From Phoronis australis (taxonomy: Eukaryota > Animalia > Phoronida), in the NCBI GenBank assembly GCA_002633005.1, contig NMRA01000291.1:388825-452824 (forward strand): 64,000 nucleotides of DNA, read 5' to 3'. Shown piece after piece: positions 1 to 13,200 of the stretch. The notes beneath the pieces are model-generated. The model saw only the letters and a list, made by a program, of their open reading frames with translations. It searched no databases and was not told the DNA's origin. Position 1 is the stretch's first letter; each line of letters starts with the position of its first letter. Made by a program: the position numbers and the translations under genes.

Positions 1-846
1 ATATTCTGTGGGACTGGCAGATGGGTGCTCATGCTGTGCAGATTACTGCAATATAACAGACACGCTATGCTTGCTGGAACTCCATAGTTGTTCAGCAATG
101 TAGATATTGACAGTTTTTGTGCACACAATGGGTTTTTGTCGTCTCGAAAAACAGTTTGATTTTTTCGAAATTGGTCATTTTCATAGAATTCAAAGTTGTA
201 GCCTAAGCATATCGTTTACCGATGTCACTTTTATTTGTTGTGAGTAAAATGTTTTGTTTATGCTCTTCCTGAACACGATTTTTTATGAATTCAATATTGA
301 AAATGCAAATGGCAAATTTTGATAAAGTTTCTGCTGTGTACTCTCCAATTTCTCTAAATTATCGGAAGGACATATTTCTATTAAATATCTTCTCACCTAC
401 TGCATCCACCAGCATCTGCATCGTGCAGCATTGACCACGAGAGTCTCTTCTCTCAGAATTTACACCTCCTCTGCGGGGCGTCAGCACAAAAGTGCCTGAT
501 ACCTCATCAATGCCATTCTCATCATTATTCAAGATAGAAAAGTATTCATTTCATTAGTCTCCCAAAATACCATTACAGTCGTGCTGCCATTCTTCCCACT
601 TTATGTGGTAACATTCAATGCACCTTCTATTCGCAGATTCGTGTCGTCGAAACCATTTCATTCAGCTACAACCTCATAGAAGGGGTCTCCCGCTTGAGGT
701 ATACTTGGTTTAATGCTTTTGCTCACGCATAGAGTCCAAATTGTGGTAATGTAGATCTTGCTCAAGGGTCTCAGATCTGTTTCATCGCGCGCTTCTCAGG
801 ATTTACCAAAGATGGCGCCACTCCTAACAACACCACTCTTGGTGTC

Positions 847-1247
847 TTATTCTTGTTCCATCAATAACTTGATAAGCTTGGCGTGATCCATTGTCTGAAG
901 CGTTTTCAGATCCTTTCCCAGGGCTTCGGCTATACTTGACATGTCGAGACCGAATTGCATGAGCAGATCAATAAAATCAATCTCTTCCCCGCTGAAGGGG
1001 TTCCTCAACTTGGGACATGATTGGTTACACTGTGGCCACTCACAGGTATCAGCCAGGTGGTGGCGGCAGGTGGGGTGATACAGTAGTCGATGTTCTTCTA
1101 TACCTGGATTAATATACTCTATAAACGCAGAACGTTCTCTCCGCGGCAACTCATTTGATTGGCTGTTTTTAGTGCCCCGTCTCTCACTTCGGATTCTCTT
1201 CCTGTTTCTCCTCCTTTCTCGTCTTTCCTTGCGCCGCCTCTTGTTAC
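847..1247 (-). CDS. notum: Notum coding exon 13 (last): Arg-rich segment, then CRHHLADTCEWPQCNQSCP...stop
   Basis: Acceptor ttattcag, frame continuous with ORF 847..1149; matches the Notum C-terminal Cys motif. Confidence 0.95.
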
Positions 1248-4200
1248 CTGAATAAGTTGAGAAATGTGATTAGTATCAAAGTTGTCAATTCATCGCCCTG
1301 TGGCATGTTCAAAAAGGCTAGTTACCCACAAGAGATCATAATGGTTGGTGAACTTGTGATGGGTGGCGACATCCTACAGGAACCAGCGTGATCATACCAA
1401 ACTTGCCACGTACTTGCCTATTGGTGAACATTGCCTCACTAGCGCCACCCAGTGAATTTAAAATCACCCATTGGGTCAAGGCAAATAAAAAATTCATATC
1501 AGAATTTAAGTTTAGTTTCCGGTGTTTATGGTTTAAGTAGAGCAAAAAGCTTTTGATTTTGCTCACCTTTCTTCTTTTTCTTTGATTTCCTTCCTTTTTT
1601 CTTCTTGTTCTTATTTTTCTTCACCCTGGGTACAGCTTCGTCCCCAAGCAGCTTATTTTCATTTGACCTGAAATAGACAGAATGAAACATTAATACCAGT
1701 ACTTCCTCTGCCTCTGGTACAAAATTAATTCCAACTCCTTGTCATTTACATTGCATGGATTCTAGGCAGATGTCAACGAATATTATGACACTATTCTCTT
1801 AGATTTTTAGGCCAATACGACTGACATGCATTTCTTGTATACTTAATAACTCATCATACATTCACCAGGTGGCAGGACCGGTTTTTCCACAAGTTGGCTC
1901 ACCAAGAACTGCCAAACAGCATGTCGAGATATTTTGTGAGTCTACACAAAAATAACTCGATAAAGTGTTGATTTACTAGCAGGGCAAGCAGAAGCAATGA
2001 AATAGAAATGGTCACTTTGCATTGCTTTTGTTGCCTGATATTGTAAAATAAGGTCATGCTTTTTTGTCTGTGTTACATGTGGAGGTAACTCTGACCAGGT
2101 ATCAGTAACTAAGCATAATACTTGCGTAGTGTTGCCATAGAAGCAAATGGCTCATCTTGTGTCTGGTATTACCACTGATGAGTAGAAACTGTTAAAAGTC
2201 ATGGTCACCCTCCTTCACTCATGATCATTTGGTTTGTCTCAGTAGTCTTGTTACCAAGGCTGATGGATAACCGTCAGTCACCCATGGTCAGTTGGTTATC
2301 CTCCATAGACTTTGTATCAAGGTTGAGTGATGGGTATTCATAATCACCCGTGGTTACTTTGTTATTCACTGTGTATACTTGGTATCAGGTTGCTGGATAG
2401 CAATTATTGATCTCAAGATCACTCATGGTCATAATCAGTCACTGACACTTACTCATAGTCACTTGGTAACTCACCTTAAATTTCACATCATGGCTGATGC
2501 AACAGTTCGACTCGTGGTCACTCAATCACTCATGGTCGCTCATGGTTACTTTGTTACCATATACTTGGCAAGTGGACTGATGACTAGTAACTATTAGGCT
2601 ACTAGTCACTCGTGGTCACACTTGGTCACTCATAGTCACTTGTTTGCTCATCGTATGATTGGTATCAGAGTCCATAGAATTAAGTAACTGTTAGGCTCGT
2701 GGTCAGTCGGAGTCGCTCAGTCATAGTCTCTTATGGTCATTGTACTTCACTGTGTGTATGCTTGGTCACAGTCAGTCACTAATAGTCACTCATGGTCATA
2801 GTCTGTGGTCATTGTACTTCACTGTATGTATGCTTGGTATTGGAACTGTTGAATAGTAATTGTTTGTACTATTAGTCACTCAGTCACTCATAGTCACTCA
2901 TGGTCATAGTCTGTGGTCATTGTACTTCACTGTATGTATACTTGGTATTGGGGCTGTTGGATAGTAACTGTTTGTGCTATTGGTCACAGTCAGTCACTAA
3001 TAGTCACTCATGGTCACTTGGTTGCTTACCGTATACTTGGTATCAGAGTGGATGGATAGTAGCTGTTTGGCTCATGGTCACTCGTGGTCCAACATTTGAG
3101 TGCATCAGTCAAGGTCACTCCCTTAATGGTCATCTTGTGCCAATCTCTGAAAAATACCATTTTCATCATTGAAATAAAATGACAAGATTATTACAATTAT
3201 TACCTTGCTAGTTCAGTTTCTGGTAACTTTCTGAGACATTGACATTGACATTTAAGCACAATAGTTTCAAATAAGAGATACCAATGGCCCATTAGTGGTT
3301 TTTACAAGTTTATAAGCAACTGGATTTTCAACTCCTTGACTTTTGAATGACCTTGTTTCTAATATTGGAGTAACGCCCCTCCCTATTTAGTTTCTCGACA
3401 TAACTGCTCATGGCCGAAAGACACATCTTTGGGACTACTGTTAGATAAGATAGACTTCTTGAAGTTGTTAGCTACCAGATATATAAAACAACAAAACCTG
3501 TTTTTTATTGCTTTATTGCACATGGCCAATTCTAGCTGTTGTATGGTGAAATCAAGACTTTACCAATACCAAATATTCTGCCAGTTGTCGAGTTTTATTT
3601 CGCTATGCCAGCAGAGCATTTGGCTGCGACCACAGGGGCTCCAGGTTTGATTCCATGCTGAAGTTGATCCCAGAAAATCACTTTTCTTGCTTATAGTGTT
3701 TCTTAAGTGCTTTGAACTGATACAGTTTGTAAAAGGAAATTGAACCGTTACTTACGGTAATGTGAGTGTTGTGTGTGACAAACAAGCAGACGCAAAGACA
3801 GCTCTGAAATTGAAGAGTGAACGACTCAATATGAGACTATAATTCAAGAGTTATAAAGTTTAACTTACATCTTGCTATGTGTGTTGTAGTATAAAGCTAG
3901 GGTGCAAAAGTGCCAAAAATGAATTAATGTTGAGCAAGTGCATGGGTAATTGTCTTCAAGGACAATTACTCACTTCTAAGTGCCTGAACTTTTGGTAACT
4001 AGGGTACTGTCTTCCTACCTCAATGGTGAAGGAGGGTTCAATGTGTGCCATTGCTATGGTATGGATAGACAGACTGCAAGTTATTACTGATGTCTTTGAA
4101 ACTAGCCAACTGTGGAGACACATTTAGGTGGGCAGAGCTTTTGAGCATTCCAGAAACAAAAATATCAAAAGTGAGTGGTTTTCCTTCTTACACACTTTAA

Positions 4201-7200
4201 ATAATTGAATACTATTATTATTGTAATTGTAACAGATATTGAGTATACTGACTTTACTCTTGGAGCATGGCATTAATTTTATCGAATCTTACAAAATCCA
4301 GCCAAGTGCATCTGATAACTCTGTTTTAGGAGGTGACTTAGAGCTAGTGTTTCTGTTACATCTTGTGAGGTGTCTCAGAGCACGGGGTGCTGTCTCTGAG
4401 CAAGACATGTCTTAACAGGATAAAAGAGGTGCTTACGAGACATTCTGCAGTGACTGTTTGATACTCTTGCCCATGTTATGAATGTATTGCCACTGTTCTT
4501 TCTTGAGGGGGGTTCCGACATTCTCCGCTGCAATCTGTGCCTCGTCAAACAGGAACTGTACGATGAAAACTGGAGCTGGGAAACACAAGATATCATGGCG
4601 TATGTTAAGTAGAAGATGTCTAAGGCTCTGTAACTTTTTGTCACAGCTTTGAAGTTGTTTATTGTTGGCCTAGTTGTTGCTGTGGGGACATTTCCTTTGA
4701 GGTTTAAAGGTGAAGTATCTGTGCTGTGATGTCATTTTCGCAGGCTACATCTTTTGAGTGTAAAGGAAATAAAGAGGAAGAGCCTGATTAATGTAGTTTG
4801 TCCCCATTGACTGGAAGGACACCTTTAAAAGGGGATTATGCCACTTTTAACTGTCAAAGCTGAATTCTTAACCAAAGTACTTTGGGATTTAAAAGTGTTA
4901 CCACCTTTATCGGATCTTGGAAATGTTGGCGGATGACTGGATAATTCAAGTCTCAGGCAAAGCTACTCATGCAGTTTTAATTACTGGTTACTGTACCTTT
5001 AATAAATGGATATAGCCTGTAGCCAAAGAAACACTTCCATTCTTCATTTGGATACTGCTTTCTACACCCTTCTGGAATGTTTGCTTTCCACAGCCTGCAA
5101 AATAGGTTGACTCTGTTACAGCATAATGTTATGTTGTTGATGCAAATTTGACTTAAAACTATAAGAGGCTGTTAATTGATGTGGCAAAAAGGTAATGCAG
5201 CTGTGGTCATCCATGTTGAGGACATCGAATGACAGTATCTAAATTTTTGTCTCCATGGTTGTCGCACTGAAAACCTAGGTTGAGCCATGGTGTGCATAGC
5301 TCATTCACTGTTGTCATTGTCTCAAAATACACTCTCCGGTATGTGGAGGTATGAAAAGTGATCGTACTTCATAGTTCTGCTGTAAACCTTGTGCCTTTAA
5401 GCCTTGGACATTTGTTCTAACCTGCTTAAGTTATCTTTTGTGAGTTGCATTGCATCTGTCTGTAGCATAACTTATTGAAAGTATTAACAGCTGTGAAAAA
5501 GAGACTTAATTTCATTATATGACTGGCAGGTATTACTTAGCTAAAATGAAAGAACGTACTGCATTCCTCTCTGAATGCCTTCTGTGGGCGCGCACGTTCT
5601 GGCGTCAGAACAGTCACCATCACGGTACTGCTTATTATCCATGAACCAGCCGGAGTCGGCTATGCCCCTGACATCCATAGTTGAAACGACCTTTTTGACC
5701 TGTGCTGCTACTTTGTCGACATTCAAGAGCACCCCCAGGCCACCAGCACTGAAACATAATTGGGGTTGTTGATCTTGAGTGTGAGCCTGCGCCTTTTCCG
5801 CACCTCTTGGAAATTACTTAACTCTATGAGGTCTGTCAAAGGTTTGGTTTGTCTTACTTTATCGTGATCTCTGTTTCCTAATGCACTAATGTTCTTGAAG
5901 CCCTCCTTATGTCAATCCAGTAATTCTTCACATATTTCCCACATTTTCAAAATGATCATTTTTACACTTTCCAAAGACTGATTACCTTTCTCCAAATCAA
6001 GTAAATGTTTTAATACGACATCCACACACTGCAAACCATGCTTCAAATGGGTTAAAATGTTCTTAATCGTAATTTTTGTTGAGAAATTTAGCAAAACAGA
6101 ATTTCACTTGTCAGACATATTGTGTAGTAAATAAGTGAAGAATAACTGTGATGCATAGTGTGTTTTATTCCTGTTGCTTTATATCTGTAACTTCTACTCA
6201 TTGGTACATCATTAGAGCCATAGTGGTGATTTGAATGCAAGCTTATGAAATCACTTACCTAGACCCTGTTAGTAGCAGCTTTTTTCCTTTATGCATTCCC
6301 TGATTGGCTAAGAGATCTTTAACAACTTCTGCTAATATCTGGGAACCCATGAATGAGAACTCTCCTGAAAGGAAGGTGAAAATTGCATGATCAAATTACA
6401 AGAGACATCTTCTCTAAACCTGGGTGTGTAGCAATTTTTCTTCCACTTTTCAGGTAGCATGTAACACAGCAACTTCAAGTATGGATTTGAAAGAAGAATA
6501 TTGGAAAAGACTCCATTGGATCTTAACTGCATAAGACTAGCATTCTGTGGAAAATGTTCAAAGAATTAGAACACTGTCTTATGTTCATTTGATTTAAACA
6601 ATTTGTAATCTTAGTTCACAATCATTGTCTGGAAAAGTATATCAGTGCAATAGCTTGCTCCAATAAAGTAGTTTTTGATCATTTGTTGGTACTAGAATTT
6701 TGCCAATTTCTAATTTATAAACATTAAGTAATTCCACTACAATATCAGTAACAACTAGACAAATTCTGGTCACAGACAGCCTACATTTATTGTTTGAAAT
6801 AAAGTGTTCAGTTTTCTCTTCATGGGCGGCGCAGCACTGAAAAAGTGGGGTGCTACAGCCCCCCCAGCCCCGCTGTGGTACACTGCCCATAGACCATGGG
6901 CGCTGGAGCACTGCAAAAAATGGGGGGCTATAGCCCCCCAGCCCCCTGTGGTGCGCCGCCCATGCTCTTGCGTAAAAATTATAAATATGTTGTATGGTAG
7001 ATAGTACTGAGTTTTATTGTGGTAATTGTGATGAAACCAAAATTCTCCCAGCATTTCGTCAATTACGTCATTGCTTGTGGAGAAATGTGTTGATGGACTT
7101 TCTGTTTTGGACACTACAGAAGTTTCTTATTAAGTTAGGTTTTAGACGAGAAATCATTGTTTTTATGTTCAAAATTGATGGACTGAAACTATTGTTAAAG

Positions 7201-10200
7201 TACTTATTTCATATTGCGAAAATCATTGCACATTTTGCAGTTGATAATTTGTTAAAATTAATTTAATTGTGACCGAAAATTCTATTTTTGATGTGCTATT
7301 CTATCTTGTTCATATTTGAAAATTATAGATTAAATGCTTGAGAATCAGGATCATGTCTTTGTTATTTTCAGATTTAAATTTTATTCAAAATATAATTTTC
7401 TTTCAATTGTTCTACAATTGAATCGTGCCTTTTGTGGACGTGTTGTGACTTTGAACTAATTTGAGGTTGGCTTTTTTAATTACTTTACTGATAAATAACC
7501 TAATGTTGTAATCACAGATTCTGCATTTCTGAATGAAGCTTGTTTTTTGAAAAATCCTATTGTGTTCAATTTTTATCCAAAAAGTCTATTTCGGATCTCA
7601 TGAGATGAGTGAGATATTTTATCTATTAGTTCAATGATCAATATTTCAATTTTATTTTGCAAACCTCGAGAGGAGCTCTTGTGCTTGGCATGGGGTTTTA
7701 GTTGCTTGGTTTATATATAACTCTTTGGTTAATTGATATTTCAGTTTCAACTGATGAGTTTCTTATTAAGCCCGTTTCAGATTAGCGACATGTTTGCCTG
7801 AAAAGTTGCTCTGCAAATCAGCTGAAAAGCTGTGTAACTTTGCTGTTGTTTTGTTGTTTTCACACGAGGGTTAGCTCGGCTGACACCAGATAGGCAATAA
7901 ATATTGACTGAATATGTGCAAAAAATCATCTTGCATCTTAACAGCATACCATGTTGGAATGTGATCAGTCACAAAGTTAGTCAGTATTACTGGACAGTGC
8001 TTAGTTTTTGTTGACTGCAGTGGCAGCTAACTAACTAGTAGGCCTACAAACATTGTTATCACTGTTGAAGTGATTGAAAAGCAACAAGCATTCCCTGTTT
8101 AGGGCTATAGCTAGGCCTAGTTATTTTTGCAAATTTGCATGTAAGGTCTGAGTAACATTATTAACACAAATGAGATTTTTGATTAGACTATGGACCACTC
8201 TCTCCTTCCATTTTCCACAGTTTCATCCAAAAAATTGTCCGAAGTTGAGTATGCTCAACTTCTCCGCAGCTAGTCCGCTAACACCTACAAGGTTTTATGA
8301 CATGCGGAGTCATTCACATGTACTATTTCATTGTCAGCTGACATGTCACCCAACATTTCGATTTTACATTGCTTGTCTGAAAAGGGCTTTGAGATTTAAC
8401 TTTAATTTGGGTGTGAGGCTGCTGCCTCTATCTGAGAAGTAAAGAATGTTTATCATCTTATGTAGAGTTAAGTTAAACCTCTTTCCTAATTGAGATACAA
8501 CAAGGATTTGTTTAACCACTTTTTGAGTATGAAAACGATATTTCTTTTATTTTCATAATTTGAAATACCATTTTTAATTCATGATCAGGACCCTTAAATT
8601 ATAGAAATTATTTTTCAGCATCTGCAATTACTATCATTTCATAAAATTTACCCTTAAGTTGAATTAAATTACAAATCCTTGGATGTGTTCATAGATTTGT
8701 GAAATTTACTTACTTTCACTTCGTGCTTTTGCTGTGCCACTCCAAGCGTCACTGGAACAGTAGGGCACCAGGCTGAAAAGGCAATTTCTTATTCGTTAAA
8801 CAAAGGACTCCGGAATGTCACAGGGAATGTTTGATGTAATCTGGAGGGACTCTCTGTGATAAGCAACTGGGGTATTTGTTTGCAAAGTTCTGTTTTAACC
8901 TATGCAATTTCCAATTTTAACAAAAGTAGGACCTTTTTAGTTCAAGTCTGGTAAAATACAGAAGACACCGTTGCATACCTTCACTATACCCATTAGTGTC
9001 CTATTGGTATTTGGTAGTCATTTGATCATTTGGAAAGCCGGTTCTAGAGTATTCCCTGGGTGTGCCACAAAATGAATCACAAAGGGACAAAGGCGGGATA
9101 TTAGGACATCAATTGTTTTTGAAAACCTGTACAGTACCATTGTATTTCATTATTGTCTGGAAATGGAGTACATGACCTTAAACCTTATGTAGGACCTTAG
9201 AATAATGTGTCTAAATTTGACTAAATTTAGACACATCATCTCTCTGAAATGGCTGATTGGATTCCTATGAAATTTTCAGATACCATGCTTTATGCACGGT
9301 TCTCAAAAATCCTTTTTTTTAATTTCATAAAACAAAAAGGAATTATAATTTGGAAAATTTAACAGCAGTTTTGATATTTTATGCTGAACAGTTTTATGGA
9401 ACAAAATTTGGCCATTTTCTTGATTCCACTTTTCCTGTGAATGTACCTTTCTTTTTTGCTAAATTTAATAAAAGTACACTATCATTTGACCCAATTGATG
9501 GTAGATTGGCACAAAGTCAAAATTCTTCAGGCTTTCAACTTTCAGAATACGTATATACATTTACCAATTTAAAATGCTATATAGTTTTGAAGATATTTGG
9601 CTAAATATACTTGTCCACGAGGTCCTACATTTGTCCTAACTTACACTTCCATCCAAAATGTGGTCAGTTATACTTCAGGGTAAAGTTCATGTCGTGTGTG
9701 CAAAAGAACTAATTCTGGAGATCCTTGTCTCATTTGTAGAAACAGGGCCTATTTATAGTTCATTCCTCCTCTCTTATCAAATGTCTGCCTTAACTTAAAG
9801 CAAGGGTTCTTCAAAGCGCCCTGTATGAAAGTTGTGTCTGTGAACTACTCCACGCAGCTTGATAGTATTTATTCTGATGAGCAATGGTTGTGGAAACTGG
9901 TGCAGTGTTTGTGCACTAGTCTCAGAGTCTTTCTTGTGACTGTCCTGTCAATTTTTGTAACACTGTGTCAGCTATTTGCAGGAGGCCTTGGTCCAGGTGT
10001 TCCACTTATGCTCACAAAGGTCAGGTGCCAGAGCCCAGTTTCTGACTTGGGAATGATATGGGTGTTGGTGTTTATTTTTTCAGTGCTTTTGTTTTTGTTG
10101 AGGTTAATGCGTTGGAAGTTAATGTGTTTGGTTTATGCAGTTATAACAATTTTACATATGAGTATCTGACTTCATGTTATGCTGTAATACATTTCGTTTT

Positions 10201-13200
10201 AAAACTACAGATTTGTAACATTTATTACTTTTGTGTAATCAGTGTTTTGTAGAGACATTCTGATTACTCTGTTTGAACCTGTATAATTTCGGTCATCAAA
10301 TTGTTAGAATACCTGTTCGATGTGGTATGCAAGTGTTGGAAGCAATGTCACTGAAATGTCAGAAAAATTGTTTCCACTTCAGAGAGTGGTGACAATTTTA
10401 AGGAGCGCCTCTTCATAAAAAACGAATGATTATTTGGGATGATAAATTAATTTTCTGTCAATTTAATGTTTATTGTTCCTTTATTTCGCAATTTTTCAAT
10501 TTCTGGACAGAATTTTGTTCCAGAATGTTTAAACATTGTAGCCAGTTACTGGTGGAAACATGTTTTAACTAAAACCACTTATTAGAAGCATGTTGATTCT
10601 ATTATGGGGTTTTGATACTGTTAACATTTTGTTATACTCACACAACGTTGGCTGTGAAAAAGCTCGGATTCTCCTCGGGATCCCAAGATAGAATACCCGT
10701 ACCTGCAACGGAAATTAGGATTTGTATAGGACGTGTAAATCATTATTTTATATGTCCCAGTCACACAATCATTCTTTTGACATGCAGTGGAAACGCATTC
10801 TAATCTCGTGCAGCTTTGGACAAAAGCAACTTGGGAAGTGGTATAAACGTCATGTACAATTCAAAAATGTTCTTGAATCTCGCTCCAGTTGCACTGCTGG
10901 TGTCAACATCGACTGAACTGAGCCCAAAATCTTCTAATGGATTGAGGTAACCGAGTTTGACCTTAGGATTGTCACTTGTGTTTGGAACTTAAGAAGGACT
11001 AATTGGGCTCTCAAAATGTTTTCACTACAGGAGTCTTAAATTTTAATAGCTCCACAAATGTACGAGTAAACGTCCATAAACAATCAGAGTCCCATTATAA
11101 GCCACTATTGACCCAAAACTCGGTGACAGCAGAAAAGTTGTCAATCCGTTTTACGGCCTGTAGTGTTTCTTGGGAATTAAAGTTATTAAAAGCACTACTA
11201 GACTCCGTGATCAAAAGTTACACTTATTATTTAAGACCTTTACCAAGGCATTTATGGAAAGTATAAGCTCTCATAAGGTGTAAAGTTATTGTAAACGTCC
11301 TGTTGTGTTAAAGTGCATTATAAACTAGTTGAATTTCGGGGTACATTTTACAAAGTACGGTAACTAATCGAAGCGTGTCATTTAAGATCGCTAATCACTT
11401 TTTGGATGTTCTTAGAAGTAGCCTAAGCGCTGTATGTTTTCTTCAACACACAATTCTACATACCAATTCTCGTTTCCTGCCACTTGCGAGAACTCATGAG
11501 ATTTCTCTCCACATTCTGCATGTTAATCCACCTGGAGTGACAGGTGGCCCCGTCGAAACAGTACCCTCCACCTGGAAACCAAGCAAAAGGCACTCAATAA
11601 TACGAACTTGCAATCTATATTATCTTGTATAAACAGCTGCAATGTACAAAATATTCTTACATCGCTAAAATATAAAGTTCAGTTTCACCTTATTCTAGTT
11701 GAAACGCAAACTTAACAGGTGGAAAAATGCTTTTTAACGAGTACTATGTTTTCATAATGCATAGAATGTTCCCCGTTGGTGTTTCGGTTACTGACAAAAC
11801 ATGTGTGCTGATTTTTTCGTAATTCCGGAATGCCCATTACAGAACCGACAGGATTCTTGCGTTTACGTCATTTCTATCATCGTTGCGTGTTGTGACCACA
11901 AAGTACAAGTATATCTTGAAATGATTCAGTGCACGCGCACTCATTTAATATAATTAGAAAGATGACCACAGTGAACAGGTGACAAACGGTAGGCTTTGTA
12001 GTTTTCCTGGAACTGGTACTGTTTTGCATTGAACGCCTACATGAGGTTTGACCATGTACATTGTACAATGTCTGGACACTCTTTCCTGTTTTCACCAATT
12101 TAGAACACGGGATGAGTTACATCAATCAAAACACAGAACCTTGGTATTTCAGGAGCATTTCGTAAATTACAGCCTTAACAAAGCCATGTTAAGTTTTGTT
12201 TATTTTTAAGATTGTGATGTCACGATGCAAGAGTGTCATTTGTGAATACATTTCGACTAAATTGGTAAGCATTGACAATGGGTCTCGTAGAGTATTTTAA
12301 ACTCGAATTCTCGTGATTAAAATTAGATCCTGTGCTCTTTAAACAATTCCTAGAACAATCTAAAAAGATCAGTGAACGAGAGTCTGTTGTCACTATTTTA
12401 AAAGTATTTACATGCCCTCACATGTTCACTATGTGATAGTATAAACCAACAAGTCCTACCTTCCAAGTGAATGATCCACTTTGTGCTTCCGAAGGATTTT
12501 CTTATATAGTAACTGGAATAAAATTTAATAATTTCAACAAAGCCTGTTTCATAATAAATTCAAGTACAACATAATTGGCAGATCATGTTTAGAGGGAAAA
12601 CCAAAAGGGTCATGTTCCCCCTAAAATTCTCTCAATATTTGTTAGAAAGTGGTCACAGTTGGTGTTTAAAAAGTTTAGTCGACACGTTTCCTGTGTTACA
12701 AAAACCCGTTTCGTCATATGTTGACTTCATGCTCTGCTCCCCAATATTCAAGGCTGTATCGTTTGTTATCGAACTTTCTCAAGTAGGTCATATTTCTGTT
12801 ACAACTTTATTTTGTACTTCGGGTTTACTACGGAATATGCTTTGATCCTGGACTTTTGTAAAAGCGTCATGCCTGTTACAAAATGCGGAGCAGCAGAGAG
12901 TGAGACTTACTAAAAATTGGAAATTTCATGACATGTTGCCAGTCGTTGACGATAGCTTACGCAAACACCCGTACGCACGCAAACACGTTTGCACGGAATA
13001 CGTCGGTATACCACGTGATACAACATGTTAATTGTCTAGACAGTTATTTCTTGGGGATGACTGGATATTCTCCAATAGTATAGATCAATTTCGACCTGTC
13101 TTTTGACATACACGGTGTATAAGCCCGAAAACTATTCAGTAGTGATATTAATGTCTATAAATAAGGAACGCACATTGTTTGGACGTAGTTAAAGAAAATC

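Noticed and set aside
2140-3090. Repeat array as a CRISPR-like repeat-spacer locus or as coding ORFs (2379..2597, 2900..3172)
   Set aside because: Units are degenerate with no unique spacers or cas genes. The ORFs are antisense to Notum and are low-complexity by-products.
3620-3665. tRNA-like B-box GGTTTGATTCC (also ~60083-60093)
   Set aside because: No cloverleaf or A-box can be built; at most decayed SINE remnants.
9874-9915. Hammerhead-like CTGATGA...GAAAC (also ~2175 and ~30416)
   Set aside because: Stem II closure is non-canonical or missing, there is no stem I complement, and the cleavage triplet would be GUG.
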